63,936 nt of DNA from an uncultured bacterium (GCA_964532995.1 CAZHJN010000003.1:1-63936), one strand, 5' to 3'. Positions 8,301 to 18,679 are shown, counted from the first letter of the stretch. The notes: a model not told the origin generated them from the sequence alone. A program made the numbers and translations.

Positions 8301-9398
8301 GTGTTTCAAAATGAGTGGATTAATCTATTTCCCGGTGAGAAATATCTCTGGAAAAACAGGAAATGGCAGGGAATACCAGGAATAGAAAGAACAGCAAAGG
8401 GGACCCTCTGGGCAACATGGTATAGTGGAGGAGAAGGAGAAGGTCCTGACAATTATGTTGTTCTTGCAAGAAGTACAGATTGTGGAAAAACATGGTCCAA
8501 ACCCATCATGGTTATTGACCCACCGGACAACATACGCGCTTATGACCCCTGCCTGTGGATTGACCCAGAGGAAAGAATGTGGTTTTTCTGGAGTATGTGC
8601 GAAAGTAAATTCGATACCACAAAAAACAGATGGACAATCTTTGATGGTAAAGCTGGGGTTTGGTGTATTTTAACAGAAAATCCTGATAGTGAAAACCCTG
8701 AATGGAGCCAGCCAGGAAAAATTGCTGACGGAGTGATGCTCAATAAACCCACTGTTCTTTCAACCGGAGAGTGGCTCTTTCCTATTTCTGTTTGGAACAT
8801 GCCACCATATCTTCCTGAAATGGCCAGATTAAGGTTTTCAAATGTTTATGTATCAAAGGATTCAGGAAAAACAATTGAATTATTAGGTCAGGCGGATATA
8901 CCTGACAGAACCTATTGCGAACATATGATCGTTGAATTAAAAGACAAAAGTCTGTGGATGCTTGTAAGAACATCATATGGAATTGGCGAAAGTTTTTCAT
9001 ACGATAAAGGCAGAACATGGACCATGGGAAGGCCTTCAGGGATACAGGGTCCTGGCTCAAGGTTTTTTATTCGAAGACTGAAATCCGGAAATTTGCTCCT
9101 TATAAATCATTATGAATTCAAAGATAAAATTCGCTCACACATGACAGCTCTGCTTTCAGAAGATGATGGGAAATCCTGGAAATATAAACTTCTGCTGGAT
9201 GAAAGGGAAAAGGTATCATATCCTGATGCGGTAGAATCTGACGGGATAATTTACATTATTTATGACCACGATAGATATGGCGCAAAAGAAATCCTCATGG
9301 CTATGATAACAGAGGAAGATATTAAATCCGGAAAAATTATTTCGCAGGGTTCAAAGCTTAAAATCTTAGTGGATTCAGACCAGAAAAGAGAAGCATAG
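8301..9398 (+). CDS. BNR/Asp-box repeat protein, sialidase-like beta-propeller
   Basis: GTG start with a GAAGGAG Shine-Dalgarno. There are four Asp-box-like motifs: STDCGKTW, SKDSGKT, SYDKGRTW, SEDDGKSW. No N-terminal signal peptide is evident. Confidence 0.7.
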   Translation: MFQNEWINLFPGEKYLWKNRKWQGIPGIERTAKGTLWATWYSGGEGEGPDNYVVLARSTDCGKTWSKPIMVIDPPDNIRAYDPCLWIDPEERMWFFWSMCESKFDTTKNRWTIFDGKAGVWCILTENPDSENPEWSQPGKIADGVMLNKPTVLSTGEWLFPISVWNMPPYLPEMARLRFSNVYVSKDSGKTIELLGQADIPDRTYCEHMIVELKDKSLWMLVRTSYGIGESFSYDKGRTWTMGRPSGIQGPGSRFFIRRLKSGNLLLINHYEFKDKIRSHMTALLSEDDGKSWKYKLLLDEREKVSYPDAVESDGIIYIIYDHDRYGAKEILMAMITEEDIKSGKIISQGSKLKILVDSDQKREA

Positions 9399-10027
9399 TG
9401 GAAGGGATAATAACTCAACTTGCAACTTTTATAGTTTCAATAATTGAAAGAATTGGGTATGTTGGTGTTTTCATACTTATGACCCTTGAATCAGCTCTTA
9501 TCCCAATCCCCTCAGAAATTACAATGCCTTTTGCAGGGTATCTTGTTTCAGAAAATAAAATGAATATCCATATTCTAGCATTTACAGGAGGACTGGCAAA
9601 TCTTGTTGGTTCTGTTATGGCTTACTGGCTTGGTTTCTGGCTTGAAGATAGATATATAAGAAAGTGGATAAGAAAGTATGGTAAGTTTCTTTTAATTTCA
9701 GGAGATGAGTATGATAGGGCTGAAAAGTGGTTCAGAAAATACGGGGATCAGATTGTTTTTTTTTCAAGGTCGATGCCCGCTGTGAGAACATTCATCTCTC
9801 TTCCAGCAGGTGTTGCAAAAACAAATTTTATAAAATTCTGTATTCTCACATTTCTTGGTTCTCTGATCTGGTCTTATTTTCTTTCATATGTGGGTTTTTT
9901 CCTTGGAAAAAACTGGGCAAGGATTGAGGTTTATTATAGAAAATTTGAGTATCTGATACTTCTTATCGTTATCATCGCAATTGTATGGTTTATTTTTCAC
10001 AGAATTAAAAAGACCAATACAAACTGA
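9398..10027 (+). CDS. DedA family inner-membrane protein
   Basis: 209 aa polytopic protein. ESALIPIPSEITMPFAGYL and FFSRSMPAVRTFISLPAGVAK are typical DedA/SNARE-associated motifs. The GTG start overlaps the preceding stop by 1 nt. Confidence 0.8.
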   Translation: MEGIITQLATFIVSIIERIGYVGVFILMTLESALIPIPSEITMPFAGYLVSENKMNIHILAFTGGLANLVGSVMAYWLGFWLEDRYIRKWIRKYGKFLLISGDEYDRAEKWFRKYGDQIVFFSRSMPAVRTFISLPAGVAKTNFIKFCILTFLGSLIWSYFLSYVGFFLGKNWARIEVYYRKFEYLILLIVIIAIVWFIFHRIKKTNTN

Positions 10028-10675
10028 TTATTTCCAGCCTTCTTTCCCTTTTAAAGGCACAAAACGACAGCCACCATGATACTCTTTCATCAATTTTCCT
10101 TTCTTCTTTATTCCCCTTATTAATTCCTGAGAAAAAAGGTCTCCCACAGGAATGATAATTCTTCCATTTTCTTCAAGCTGTTCAATAAGTGGCTGGGGTA
10201 TTTCAGGAGCACCTGCTGTAACAATAATTATTTTATAAGGAGCGTAATCCGCCAACCCAAGTGTTCCATCCCCAATAACTATTGTGGGAGTATATCCCAT
10301 TTTCAGTAATAAATTTCTTGCTCTTTCAGCCAGTTCAGGGATTCTTTCAACAGAATAAACATTGCAACCAATTTCACACAGGATTGCTGTCTGATAACCA
10401 GAACCTGTTCCTATTTCAAGTACTTTATCATTTCTATCAGGCCCAGCCAGTTCAGTCATAATTGCAACCATATAAGGCTGGCTGATTGTTTGCTCATAAC
10501 CTATGGAAATCGGACAATCATCATAAGCACACGCTTTTAGTTCCTGAGGAACGAATTCCTCACGTGGCACTTTGAGAAAGGCAGAAAGAACTTTTTCGTT
10601 TCTTATCCCTCTGCCGCGGATCTGGTATTCAACCATTTCTGTTCTCAGTTTTTCAAAATCTATTTTTTCTTCCAT
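10028..10675 (-). CDS. pcm: Protein-L-isoaspartate O-methyltransferase
   Basis: TISQPYMVA and VLEIGTGSGYQTAIL SAM-binding motifs; 215 aa. Confidence 0.9.
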   Translation of the reverse strand: MEEKIDFEKLRTEMVEYQIRGRGIRNEKVLSAFLKVPREEFVPQELKACAYDDCPISIGYEQTISQPYMVAIMTELAGPDRNDKVLEIGTGSGYQTAILCEIGCNVYSVERIPELAERARNLLLKMGYTPTIVIGDGTLGLADYAPYKIIIVTAGAPEIPQPLIEQLEENGRIIIPVGDLFSQELIRGIKKKGKLMKEYHGGCRFVPLKGKEGWK

Positions 10676-11349
10676 ATATAAAAACCGAGTTTCACAAGCA
10701 TTAAAAAAAAGTTTATTGTGTCTTTTATCGGCCTTATTTTACTTTTTTCATTTTCATAGATAGTACTTACAGGGACAGACACAATCTTTGTCCCTTTCCA
10801 TGAGGCTCTGAGAAGAATCTCTGTTTCTGTTTCAAAATGGTCGGTAATAAGAAACATGTCCTGCAATACCTTTTTTCTTATTGCTCTGAATCCATTCTGA
10901 GAATCGGGTATCCATTGTAAGGCAAGAAAAGAAATTAAAAAAGACATTGAAAGATTTGTTAATCTCCTGACCATGGGCATGTCGGTCCCTTTCATTTTTC
11001 TTTTTCCAACAATAATACCCGCTTTCTTCTTTCTTTCTATTGCTTCAATAAAAACAGGCAAATCTGAAACAGAATGCTGACCGTCACCGTCCATGGTTAT
11101 GATGACTTCAAATTGGAGATCCTGAAGTTGCCTGAAACCGGTTTTCAATGCTGCTCCTTTACCCATACACTGCAGGTGTCTTATCACAACCGCACCATGT
11201 CTTTCCGCAACCGAAGAAGTAGCATCACTGGAACCATCATCAATAACATAGACAGATGGGATTAATTTTCGGACCTCGCTAACTAACCTTCCAATTACCT
11301 TTTCCTCATTATGTGCCGGAATCAGCACAGCAATTCTTATTTTATCCAT
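10660..11349 (-). CDS. Family 2 glycosyltransferase
   Basis: AVLIPAHNEE, VIDDGSSDAT and TMDGDGQH (DxD region) motifs; 229 aa. Confidence 0.8.
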   Translation of the reverse strand: MDKIRIAVLIPAHNEEKVIGRLVSEVRKLIPSVYVIDDGSSDATSSVAERHGAVVIRHLQCMGKGAALKTGFRQLQDLQFEVIITMDGDGQHSVSDLPVFIEAIERKKKAGIIVGKRKMKGTDMPMVRRLTNLSMSFLISFLALQWIPDSQNGFRAIRKKVLQDMFLITDHFETETEILLRASWKGTKIVSVPVSTIYENEKSKIRPIKDTINFFLMLVKLGFYIWKKK

Positions 11350-11351
11350 TA

Positions 11352-13385
11352 TTAATCAACTATTTTTGTACTGGTACACTGCTGGATATATTCCCTGACT
11401 TTTGAGTATTTTTCACTTAAATACAGACGATTTTTTAAGATTCTCTCTGCTTCTTTACGGGCTTCTGCAAGAAGTTCTATATCCTTAATAATATCTCCAA
11501 TTTTAAGGGGCAAAACCCCGTGCTGCCTCACGCCGAGTAAATCTCCTGGACCTCTAAGAGACAGATCTATTTCTGCAAGCTTAAGTCCATCCTCTATTTC
11601 CAGAAAAGATTCAAGTCGCTTAAGAGATTCAGAATCTTCTGCGTGATAGATTAAAAAGCAATATCCTGTATCGCCACTTCTTCCCACTCTGCCCCGCATC
11701 TGATGAAGCTGAGATAACCCGAATTTTTCGGCCTGGTCTATGATGATAAAGTTTGCATCAGGGACATCTAAACCAACCTCAATAACTGTCGTCGAAACAA
11801 TTAAAAAAATCTGCTTATTTCTGAATTTTTCAATAACAGACGATTTTTCCTCACCGGATAACCTGCCGTGTAACAATCCAATATTATCAGAACCCACAAT
11901 GCTTGATAGACTGTTGTAATGACATATTACTGATGATTCTTCCGAACTTTCAATGGTGGGCGCAACGAAATATCCCTGTTTCTTTTCATGGATCTGTTTT
12001 CTGATAAAATCATATACCTTTTCCATCTCCTCATTTCTGAACAAATAACTGATAACATTTCTTTTACCCTTTGGCAGAGTTCCAATAGTTGAAAGATCGA
12101 CATTGCCATAAAGCGTCAATGCGATACTTCTTGGGATAGGGGTTGCACTCATAGCAAGATAATGTATCTGTCCTGCTCTTTTCTGAATTAAATTCCGCTG
12201 CTCAACACCAAATTTATGTTGCTCATCGACAACAATTGCTTTAATCTGTGGATAGTTGATTTCTTCATTCAAAAGCGCGTGAGTTCCAAATATTATTTTC
12301 AGCTCATTATTTTCTATTCTCTTCATTATTTCCTTTTTCATTTTCCCCGGAAGAGCACCTGTCAACAAACCACATTCAATACCACAGGAAAGAAAAAAAG
12401 GATGCCAGTTAAAATAATGCTGCTCTGCGAGAATTTCTGTCGGCGCCAAAAACACACCCTGTTGTCCTTCAGCCGCAAAAAGCCATAGAAAAAATATCGC
12501 CACCACTGTTTTACCTGAACCAACCTCTCCCTGAAGAAGCCGATTCAATATTCTACCGGATTTCAAATCATCCAGAATTTCATTCATAACCTTAATCTGT
12601 TCCTGCGTTAACTTAAAGGGCAGCATCTTCTCAAAGTTATGAACTGATGAACTTCCGAATTTATTTTCCGCTCCTGCTTGAAAAGGTCCGCTGGCAACAA
12701 GTTTTTTATATATGAGACCAATCTGAAGTTTAAAAAATTCATCAAAAATCAAATATCTTCTTGCCACTTCAAGGTTTATCTGGTTTTTTGGAAAATGTAT
12801 ATTTGTGATGGCATGTTTCATATTGGAAATTTTCAATCTGATTCTGTCTTCAAGTGGCAAAATGTCGGGAACAAAGTTTTGCAGATTTTTTATTGCATAT
12901 CTTATACATTTTCTGATAAGGTTCTGTGATACCCCTGAAGTAATGGAGTAAACTGGAAGAATGTAGTCGAGTCTTTTCCTTTCCTCTATGATTTCAAATA
13001 AAGGATTGTTCACCTGAAGAGTTTCATTATACTGTTCAAGTTTCCCATAAACAAAAATTCTTAATCCTGTTTTCAGTATATTCAGGATATACTCCTGATT
13101 AAAAAAAACAAGAAAGATTGTTCCTGTGCCATCCGATACGGCAAATCTAATCAGAGAAATCCGTCGCAACCGTTTTTTTTCGACCGCGATGATTTCGCCC
13201 CTGAACGACACAGTTTCTCCGGGTATCATTTCACTTATTTTTTTTACCTGTCTTCTATCAAGATACTTTCTGGGAAAATGAAACAGCAGGTCTCTAACAG
13301 TATTAATACCCAGCCTGTTAAAATATTTAGTTCTTTGAGGACCCACACCAGGAATCATTCCAACTGAAGTTTCTGGCAATAGCAT
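11352..13385 (-). CDS. recG: ATP-dependent DNA helicase RecG
   Basis: 677 aa with an N-terminal wedge/OB region. Helicase motifs GEVGSGKT, DEQHKFGV and QLHQMRGRVGR are present. Confidence 0.95.
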   Translation of the reverse strand: MLLPETSVGMIPGVGPQRTKYFNRLGINTVRDLLFHFPRKYLDRRQVKKISEMIPGETVSFRGEIIAVEKKRLRRISLIRFAVSDGTGTIFLVFFNQEYILNILKTGLRIFVYGKLEQYNETLQVNNPLFEIIEERKRLDYILPVYSITSGVSQNLIRKCIRYAIKNLQNFVPDILPLEDRIRLKISNMKHAITNIHFPKNQINLEVARRYLIFDEFFKLQIGLIYKKLVASGPFQAGAENKFGSSSVHNFEKMLPFKLTQEQIKVMNEILDDLKSGRILNRLLQGEVGSGKTVVAIFFLWLFAAEGQQGVFLAPTEILAEQHYFNWHPFFLSCGIECGLLTGALPGKMKKEIMKRIENNELKIIFGTHALLNEEINYPQIKAIVVDEQHKFGVEQRNLIQKRAGQIHYLAMSATPIPRSIALTLYGNVDLSTIGTLPKGKRNVISYLFRNEEMEKVYDFIRKQIHEKKQGYFVAPTIESSEESSVICHYNSLSSIVGSDNIGLLHGRLSGEEKSSVIEKFRNKQIFLIVSTTVIEVGLDVPDANFIIIDQAEKFGLSQLHQMRGRVGRSGDTGYCFLIYHAEDSESLKRLESFLEIEDGLKLAEIDLSLRGPGDLLGVRQHGVLPLKIGDIIKDIELLAEARKEAERILKNRLYLSEKYSKVREYIQQCTSTKIVD

Positions 13386-13387
13386 GA

Positions 13388-13930
13388 TTAGCGAAGAGGC
13401 AATTCCATTTGTTCCCGTGCTGAAGAAATTATTTTATAAAACTTAAGAATCCTTAAAAGATCACAGATTGGTGAAGTATATATCCTTCTTGGTTCTATTC
13501 TCTCAATCACCCCCGAGATAATCGAGGGAATCGTCATTATATGGTTAATACCTGTATCCTCAAGTTTTTTCATCACCCTATCTCTCAGATCTGCGTGGGC
13601 AGGTAACTGAGGAATTATCAGCAATTTTATGAAAGGCTCTCCTTTAAACCATTCAGTAAATCTCCTTGTTTGTTCTTCCCGGGCAAATTCTACAATCTCA
13701 GGAAATGTTTCAAGAATTCTTGTGGTAATCTTGCAGGTATGCCAGGCAAGCGCCTTCACGACTGCAAGCGATATATTCTGGATAGATGTTTCGTCAAGAA
13801 TAAAACCTGTATCAGAACCCTCCAGTTCTTTTCCTATCTTTCTCACCAGTACAAGGTTTCCATGCCTTGCTGTAAAAAATTTTCTCTGTTGAAAGAACTC
13901 TTCAACCAGTTCAAGAATCACTTCACTCAT
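13388..13930 (-). CDS. Hypothetical protein (180 aa), no recognisable family
   Basis: Intact ORF packed 2 nt from both pilD and recG on the same strand. No TM segment or signal peptide. I could not recognise any motif. Confidence 0.45.
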   Translation of the reverse strand: MSEVILELVEEFFQQRKFFTARHGNLVLVRKIGKELEGSDTGFILDETSIQNISLAVVKALAWHTCKITTRILETFPEIVEFAREEQTRRFTEWFKGEPFIKLLIIPQLPAHADLRDRVMKKLEDTGINHIMTIPSIISGVIERIEPRRIYTSPICDLLRILKFYKIISSAREQMELPLR

Positions 13931-13932
13931 GG

Positions 13933-14736
13933 TCAGGGGATGAAGTAAAGTGAAAGAAAATAATTACCTTTATACAGTATAGCAATTATGGCGCCTATTG
14001 CAAGATAAGGACCAAATGGCACATAATCATCCCATTTTTTCCTCTTTGAATATATTAACAGCAAACTTATTATAGTACCCATTATTGAACCGAAAAATAT
14101 GGAAAGGAAAACACCCTTCCATCCGAGAAAAGCCCCTATAGCAGCAAGCAACTTTAAATCTCCACCACCCATCGCCTCTTTCTTCCAGACAATCTTTCCT
14201 ATTATCATAAGAAATGCAACAATCAATGCACCGATAATTACACCCGTCAGACTGTATGTGACCCGAGTAAAAATATTCCACATGCTGCCCTGTGAAATGA
14301 AAAAACTTTCACATAAAAATGCGCCAAGAAGTCCAAGCGGAATAAGGGGTAACACAATTATATCCGGAACCAGAAATGTCTCAAAGTCAATGCCACTGAT
14401 AATTATAAGCCCCATCACAAAAATAAAATAGAACAAAAATGTACAGTAAAAACCAGATATCCAGAATTTCTGGAAAAGCAAAAGAGTTAAAATACCGGTG
14501 GAGATTTCAATTACGGGGTATCTCGGCGAAATGGTTCTCCTGCAATAGCGACACCTACCCCACAGAATGATATAACTCACTATGGGAATGTTATCAAACC
14601 ATTTTATTGCGTGACGGCATTTCGGACAGAATGAACCAGGGGAAACAATTGATTTATTCCTTGGCATACGATATACACAGACATTAATAAAACTGCCAAA
14701 ACATGCACCGATAAAGAAAACGATAAACTCTATCAT
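13933..14736 (-). CDS. pilD: Prepilin peptidase / N-methyltransferase (A24 family)
   Basis: Zn-finger-like CPKCRH...CRYCRR in the first cytoplasmic loop, a polytopic membrane topology and the GGGDLKLLAAIG catalytic Asp motif. Confidence 0.9.
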   Translation of the reverse strand: MIEFIVFFIGACFGSFINVCVYRMPRNKSIVSPGSFCPKCRHAIKWFDNIPIVSYIILWGRCRYCRRTISPRYPVIEISTGILTLLLFQKFWISGFYCTFLFYFIFVMGLIIISGIDFETFLVPDIIVLPLIPLGLLGAFLCESFFISQGSMWNIFTRVTYSLTGVIIGALIVAFLMIIGKIVWKKEAMGGGDLKLLAAIGAFLGWKGVFLSIFFGSIMGTIISLLLIYSKRKKWDDYVPFGPYLAIGAIIAILYKGNYFLSLYFIP

Positions 14737-15557
14737 GGAATCAAAAGTTTCTGCCCGATTATAATATCATCTTTTTTCATATTATTGATCTCCCGCAGTT
14801 TTTTAGTGGTGGTACCATATTTTTTTGCTATGGAAGAAAGAGTATCACCTTTTTTTACTGCATAATACTTCGTCGGGGAATCTGCAGTTTTTGCGGGTTG
14901 AACCTCGGTGTTTTCATGGGCTGTTTGTTTTTTTAAAAGAGCCTGTTTTAACAAAAAAATTTCGCTTTCCTGTCTTACAATTTCTTTAAGCAATGTCTCT
15001 ATCTGTCCATCATAGTATTTTTTCAGATTGACAATCTCATTTTCCTGAACAAAATTTTTGGTATTAACAGCATCAAATTCTGTGGCGATTTGCTGCATCG
15101 ATGTTTTGACAGCAAGAAGGTCTTTTTGAAAATTAACCATTGAATCAGTAAGGGATATTGATGTTCTTATCAATTCATTCTGAGATTTTTTTACTGCTTC
15201 TATTTCCTGATTAAACAGACCATTTTTCTCTTCCTGTCCTTTTTTGAAAAGCTCAAATTCTTTTCTCTGATTCTGAAGGGTGTCATCAACAGCAATTTTT
15301 AATTCTTTTATCTGCCCTTTGGTGTCCTCAGAAACACTGAGAAGAACTGCCTGCTGCTGTTGTATTGTTTGCTGCATACTTTCGATCCTGCTATCAATTT
15401 CCTGAAACCTTTTCGAAATTTTAGCTTCGCTGGCTGCAAGCTTCTGGTCTATTTCGGTCCCGAGCAAATCCAGGTCTTCTTTATTCGCAATTGTCGTGCA
15501 ACCGGCAAACACCAAACATAAAAATGTTATTACCAGGAAAAAGCGCGATTTCTTCAT
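14733..15557 (-). CDS. Coiled-coil lipoprotein with C-terminal LysM domain
   Basis: Lipobox LVFAGC, about 200 aa of heptad-like coiled coil, then LysM (YYAVKKGDTLSSIAKKYGTTTKKLREINNM...GQKLLIP). The 4-nt overlap links it to pilD downstream. Confidence 0.7.
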   Translation of the reverse strand: MKKSRFFLVITFLCLVFAGCTTIANKEDLDLLGTEIDQKLAASEAKISKRFQEIDSRIESMQQTIQQQQAVLLSVSEDTKGQIKELKIAVDDTLQNQRKEFELFKKGQEEKNGLFNQEIEAVKKSQNELIRTSISLTDSMVNFQKDLLAVKTSMQQIATEFDAVNTKNFVQENEIVNLKKYYDGQIETLLKEIVRQESEIFLLKQALLKKQTAHENTEVQPAKTADSPTKYYAVKKGDTLSSIAKKYGTTTKKLREINNMKKDDIIIGQKLLIP

Positions 15558-15561
15558 TTTC

Positions 15562-16197
15562 TCATTGTTTTATTTTGAATTCGGCTCTTCTATTTTTAGC
15601 CCATGCTTCCTCATTATGCCCGGGATCTGCAGGCTGTGCTTCTCCATAACTTATAGTGTAAAGCCTTTTTGGAGAAATACCAAGACCAACAAGAAAATTC
15701 CTGGTGCTTAATGCCCTTTTCTCACCAAGAACAAGATTATACTCGTCTGTTCCTCGTTCATCGCAGTGACCTTCTATAAGGATTGAAACATCTGAATTTT
15801 GCTTAAGATACTCAGCAAGTGTTTTCAGTTTACCCTGTTCAGATGTTTTTATTTCATACCTGTCGAAATCAAAATAGACAGGCTGAAATATGTGCTGAAC
15901 ATCCCGCGCGGGTTCCACAAATTTCGGTTGTTCTGCTGACTTTACAGGTGGAATCTCACCACCGGTGGTAGCAGTCGCCACTTCTGTTGGGGTTGCTACA
16001 CCGGGAATTTCTCGCGTTGTGACATCCGGCTGTGTCGATGGCTTTCGGGCAGGTTGTTCAGAAGGTTGTTCCAGTGCTTGTTTTGATTCAACTGGCGAAG
16101 TCTTCTTCTTTGAATAAGGACAGCAACCTGATAAGCCAAAAATTATGATAAACAAAATAGAAATGCCAATTACTGATGTTATCTTAATTTTTTCCAC
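15562..16197 (-). CDS. pal: Peptidoglycan-associated lipoprotein Pal (OmpA-like domain)
   Basis: Lipobox GLSGC and a Pro/Thr/Glu-rich linker. The OmpA_C motifs are IEGHCDERGTDEYNLVLGEKRA and NRRAEF. Confidence 0.85.
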   Translation of the reverse strand: MEKIKITSVIGISILFIIIFGLSGCCPYSKKKTSPVESKQALEQPSEQPARKPSTQPDVTTREIPGVATPTEVATATTGGEIPPVKSAEQPKFVEPARDVQHIFQPVYFDFDRYEIKTSEQGKLKTLAEYLKQNSDVSILIEGHCDERGTDEYNLVLGEKRALSTRNFLVGLGISPKRLYTISYGEAQPADPGHNEEAWAKNRRAEFKIKQ

Positions 16198-16242
16198 ATT
16201 CGCCCCCTTTGTTGAGTGATTATATCAAAACTGTCTATTTTG

Positions 16243-17481
16243 TCAACGGATTGCCCAGCAACCACTCCATGAGTTATCAGTTATTTTTTTCATTCTGAGA
16301 CTGATCATATCCACAACCCACAGGGATTTAATATATTTTTCCTGTCGTGTGAAAAGGATATGTCTGCTGTCCGGAGCCCAGGCAGGAGCATCACTCCATG
16401 AAATGTTTTTAGTAAGTATTCTTCTTTCACCCGTCTTCCAGTCATAAACCTCTATGAACATTTCCCTACCATACCTCACGGCATACGCAAGATATCTACC
16501 GTCAGGTGACCAGCATGGTGAAGTTATATAATTTGAAGGTATGTCAGGTTTTCTGGTATTCAATCCATAAGAATCCATAACCCATAATCTTGTTTTTCCA
16601 TCCCTGTCTGACACAAATGCAATACTTTTACCATCCGGAGAAACAGACGGAGATGCATTGAGACCCTTTTTCTCAGTAATTCTCCTGATAATATTTCCTT
16701 TAAGATTTACAATATATAAATCAGGATTCCCACTTCTGCTCAAAACAACCGCTGCGGCATCCTGATCTGTAAAAAATGAAATACAGGCATTCAATCCTGG
16801 TTCTGCAATAAATGTTTCAATCTGCCCTGTTTTCAAATCCAGCAATTCAAGAGATGGAAATGTATTCCTGTAAGACAGAAAAACAATTTTCTTCATCCCA
16901 GGGAACCATCTGGGATAGTTTATTATGTAGTTGGCGGATAAAATGCTGATTGCATTTGAACCATCGTAATCAGCCATCATAATGTTATATGTATCATTTT
17001 TTTGATTAACATAAAGAATCTTACTGCTTGCTATACCTGGTTTCCCGGTGAGGCGATAAATAATCTCGTCACATACAGCATGTGCGAGAACAATCGGTGA
17101 TTTCCCGATATCTTTCCTGAATTCAAACAGAAAAGACCTATCAAAAGTGTCATAAACTGCAATTTCCATCTTATCTTTTATCCTGCAAACAATCAAAACT
17201 CTGGCGTTGTACTTTGCAAAAACCATATCAATCTCTGATTGAATAGCCGTTGTTTCCTTAAATATTATGTCCTTTATGTCCAGCCAGTCAGAATTATTCA
17301 GGTCTTTTGCCAGCTGTGATGAAAACTCTTCAATGAACAAACCCTTTTTGCCCTCAAAAAGAAGAACACCGGACATTCTCATTTCAGAAGACGAGGTGAT
17401 TTCGATCGTGATCTTACTCTGCCCATGCAGATTAACTGAAGCCAGCAAGCATATAAAAATAAGCATCAAATGCTTTGTCAT
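16243..17481 (-). CDS. tolB: TolB-like periplasmic beta-propeller protein
   Basis: Signal peptide, an N-terminal alpha/beta domain and repeated SPDG/APDS blades (SVSPDGKSIAFVS, WSPDGRYLAY, WAPDSRHILF). It lies between the tolA-like gene and pal. Confidence 0.85.
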   Translation of the reverse strand: MTKHLMLIFICLLASVNLHGQSKITIEITSSSEMRMSGVLLFEGKKGLFIEEFSSQLAKDLNNSDWLDIKDIIFKETTAIQSEIDMVFAKYNARVLIVCRIKDKMEIAVYDTFDRSFLFEFRKDIGKSPIVLAHAVCDEIIYRLTGKPGIASSKILYVNQKNDTYNIMMADYDGSNAISILSANYIINYPRWFPGMKKIVFLSYRNTFPSLELLDLKTGQIETFIAEPGLNACISFFTDQDAAAVVLSRSGNPDLYIVNLKGNIIRRITEKKGLNASPSVSPDGKSIAFVSDRDGKTRLWVMDSYGLNTRKPDIPSNYITSPCWSPDGRYLAYAVRYGREMFIEVYDWKTGERRILTKNISWSDAPAWAPDSRHILFTRQEKYIKSLWVVDMISLRMKKITDNSWSGCWAIR

Positions 17482-18260
17482 TCTATCCCCCTCATGCTAA
17501 ATTTAACTGTTATATCAAGATAATCAAGTTTGTAAGTGGCTGGAAGTGGATCCAGCTTTCCTGTATCCTTTACAGCTTTCAGCGCACTCTCATCAAAGTT
17601 TTTCAACCCTGAACCTGTCTCAAGGTAAATATCAGTTATTGTTCCATCTTTTTTCAATCTGAATGAAACAACAGATGTAAGAGAATAGTTTTTACCCTCA
17701 GGTAACAACCATTTTCTCTGCAGAGTTGTTTTAATCTTTTCAATATAATCAAGTGGAATAATATTACCTGAGGGAAGTGCTGATCCCTGAAAACCAACAG
17801 CTAAACCTGTTGAATTTTCATTGTTTGTCAGTGGAAAAATTTTTGAAGCCAGAGATGATTTTTTCTGTGCGATAACAGGCTGGGTGGATGATTGGTCAGC
17901 AGGTGTTTCGCCACCTGTACGAGTAGAAGAATCTGTTAAACCTAACTTCCTTTTCACCTCGGCCATATATTCATCAGGAGAAAAAGTCTCTTCTGTGTCT
18001 CCTGTTTTTCCTAAGGTTTCTTTATGACTTACTCGACCGGTGGGAAATATTCCATGTTTTTTTTCAATTATTGATGCTTCAGCGTATTCGCCCGCAATTG
18101 ATGGAAGTACATGGTTTGAAATTTCTATGCTGGTGGGTATATTGAGTAAATCCACAACATAAACATCAGAGGTTTTATCCTTCTTGCTTTCGTGATTATA
18201 TACAAGGAGTAATAACAGCAGGGCATGCATAAAAAATGAAATCGTAAAAGATTTTTTCAT
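17478..18260 (-). CDS. TolA/TonB-family energy-transducer protein
   Basis: N-terminal TM helix, a low-complexity linker and a TonB_C-like C-terminus (LQRKWLLPEG...VSFRLKKDGTITDIYLETGSG...FDESALKAV). Position after tolR supports the call. Confidence 0.6.
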   Translation of the reverse strand: MKKSFTISFFMHALLLLLLVYNHESKKDKTSDVYVVDLLNIPTSIEISNHVLPSIAGEYAEASIIEKKHGIFPTGRVSHKETLGKTGDTEETFSPDEYMAEVKRKLGLTDSSTRTGGETPADQSSTQPVIAQKKSSLASKIFPLTNNENSTGLAVGFQGSALPSGNIIPLDYIEKIKTTLQRKWLLPEGKNYSLTSVVSFRLKKDGTITDIYLETGSGLKNFDESALKAVKDTGKLDPLPATYKLDYLDITVKFSMRGIE

Positions 18261-18679
18261 TTTACCGGTTGTGCCTCTGTCGCAAGACCAACTTTCCTGA
18301 CATCAGCACGTTTTAAGATATCTATCACAGTGATTATTTCCTGATATGTGATATCTCTATCTCCTTTTATTACAATTCCAAGCTCAGGATTTTGCGAAAC
18401 TGTATTAAGTACAACAGATTCAAGATTTTTAACATTAATTTCTTTATTGCCCCAGAATATTTTCCCGCCTTTTGCAATGGTAAGGATTATGCTTTTTTCT
18501 ACCGCCATTTTGCTGGGACCAGAAACAGGTAATTTCACCTCCATCCCCTGCTCAATCATTGGAGAAACCATCAAAAGAATAATAACAAGGACCAACGCTA
18601 TATCAATAAAATTGATAATATTAATTTTATTAAGGGCATTTTCCTGTTGTTCCATAACGAAAAATCTGTCCTGTCTCAT
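18257..18679 (-). CDS. tolR: TolR/ExbD family protein
   Basis: 140 aa with a single TM (INFIDIALVLVIILLM) and a periplasmic ExbD-like domain. It abuts tolQ. Confidence 0.8.
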   Translation of the reverse strand: MRQDRFFVMEQQENALNKINIINFIDIALVLVIILLMVSPMIEQGMEVKLPVSGPSKMAVEKSIILTIAKGGKIFWGNKEINVKNLESVVLNTVSQNPELGIVIKGDRDITYQEIITVIDILKRADVRKVGLATEAQPVK

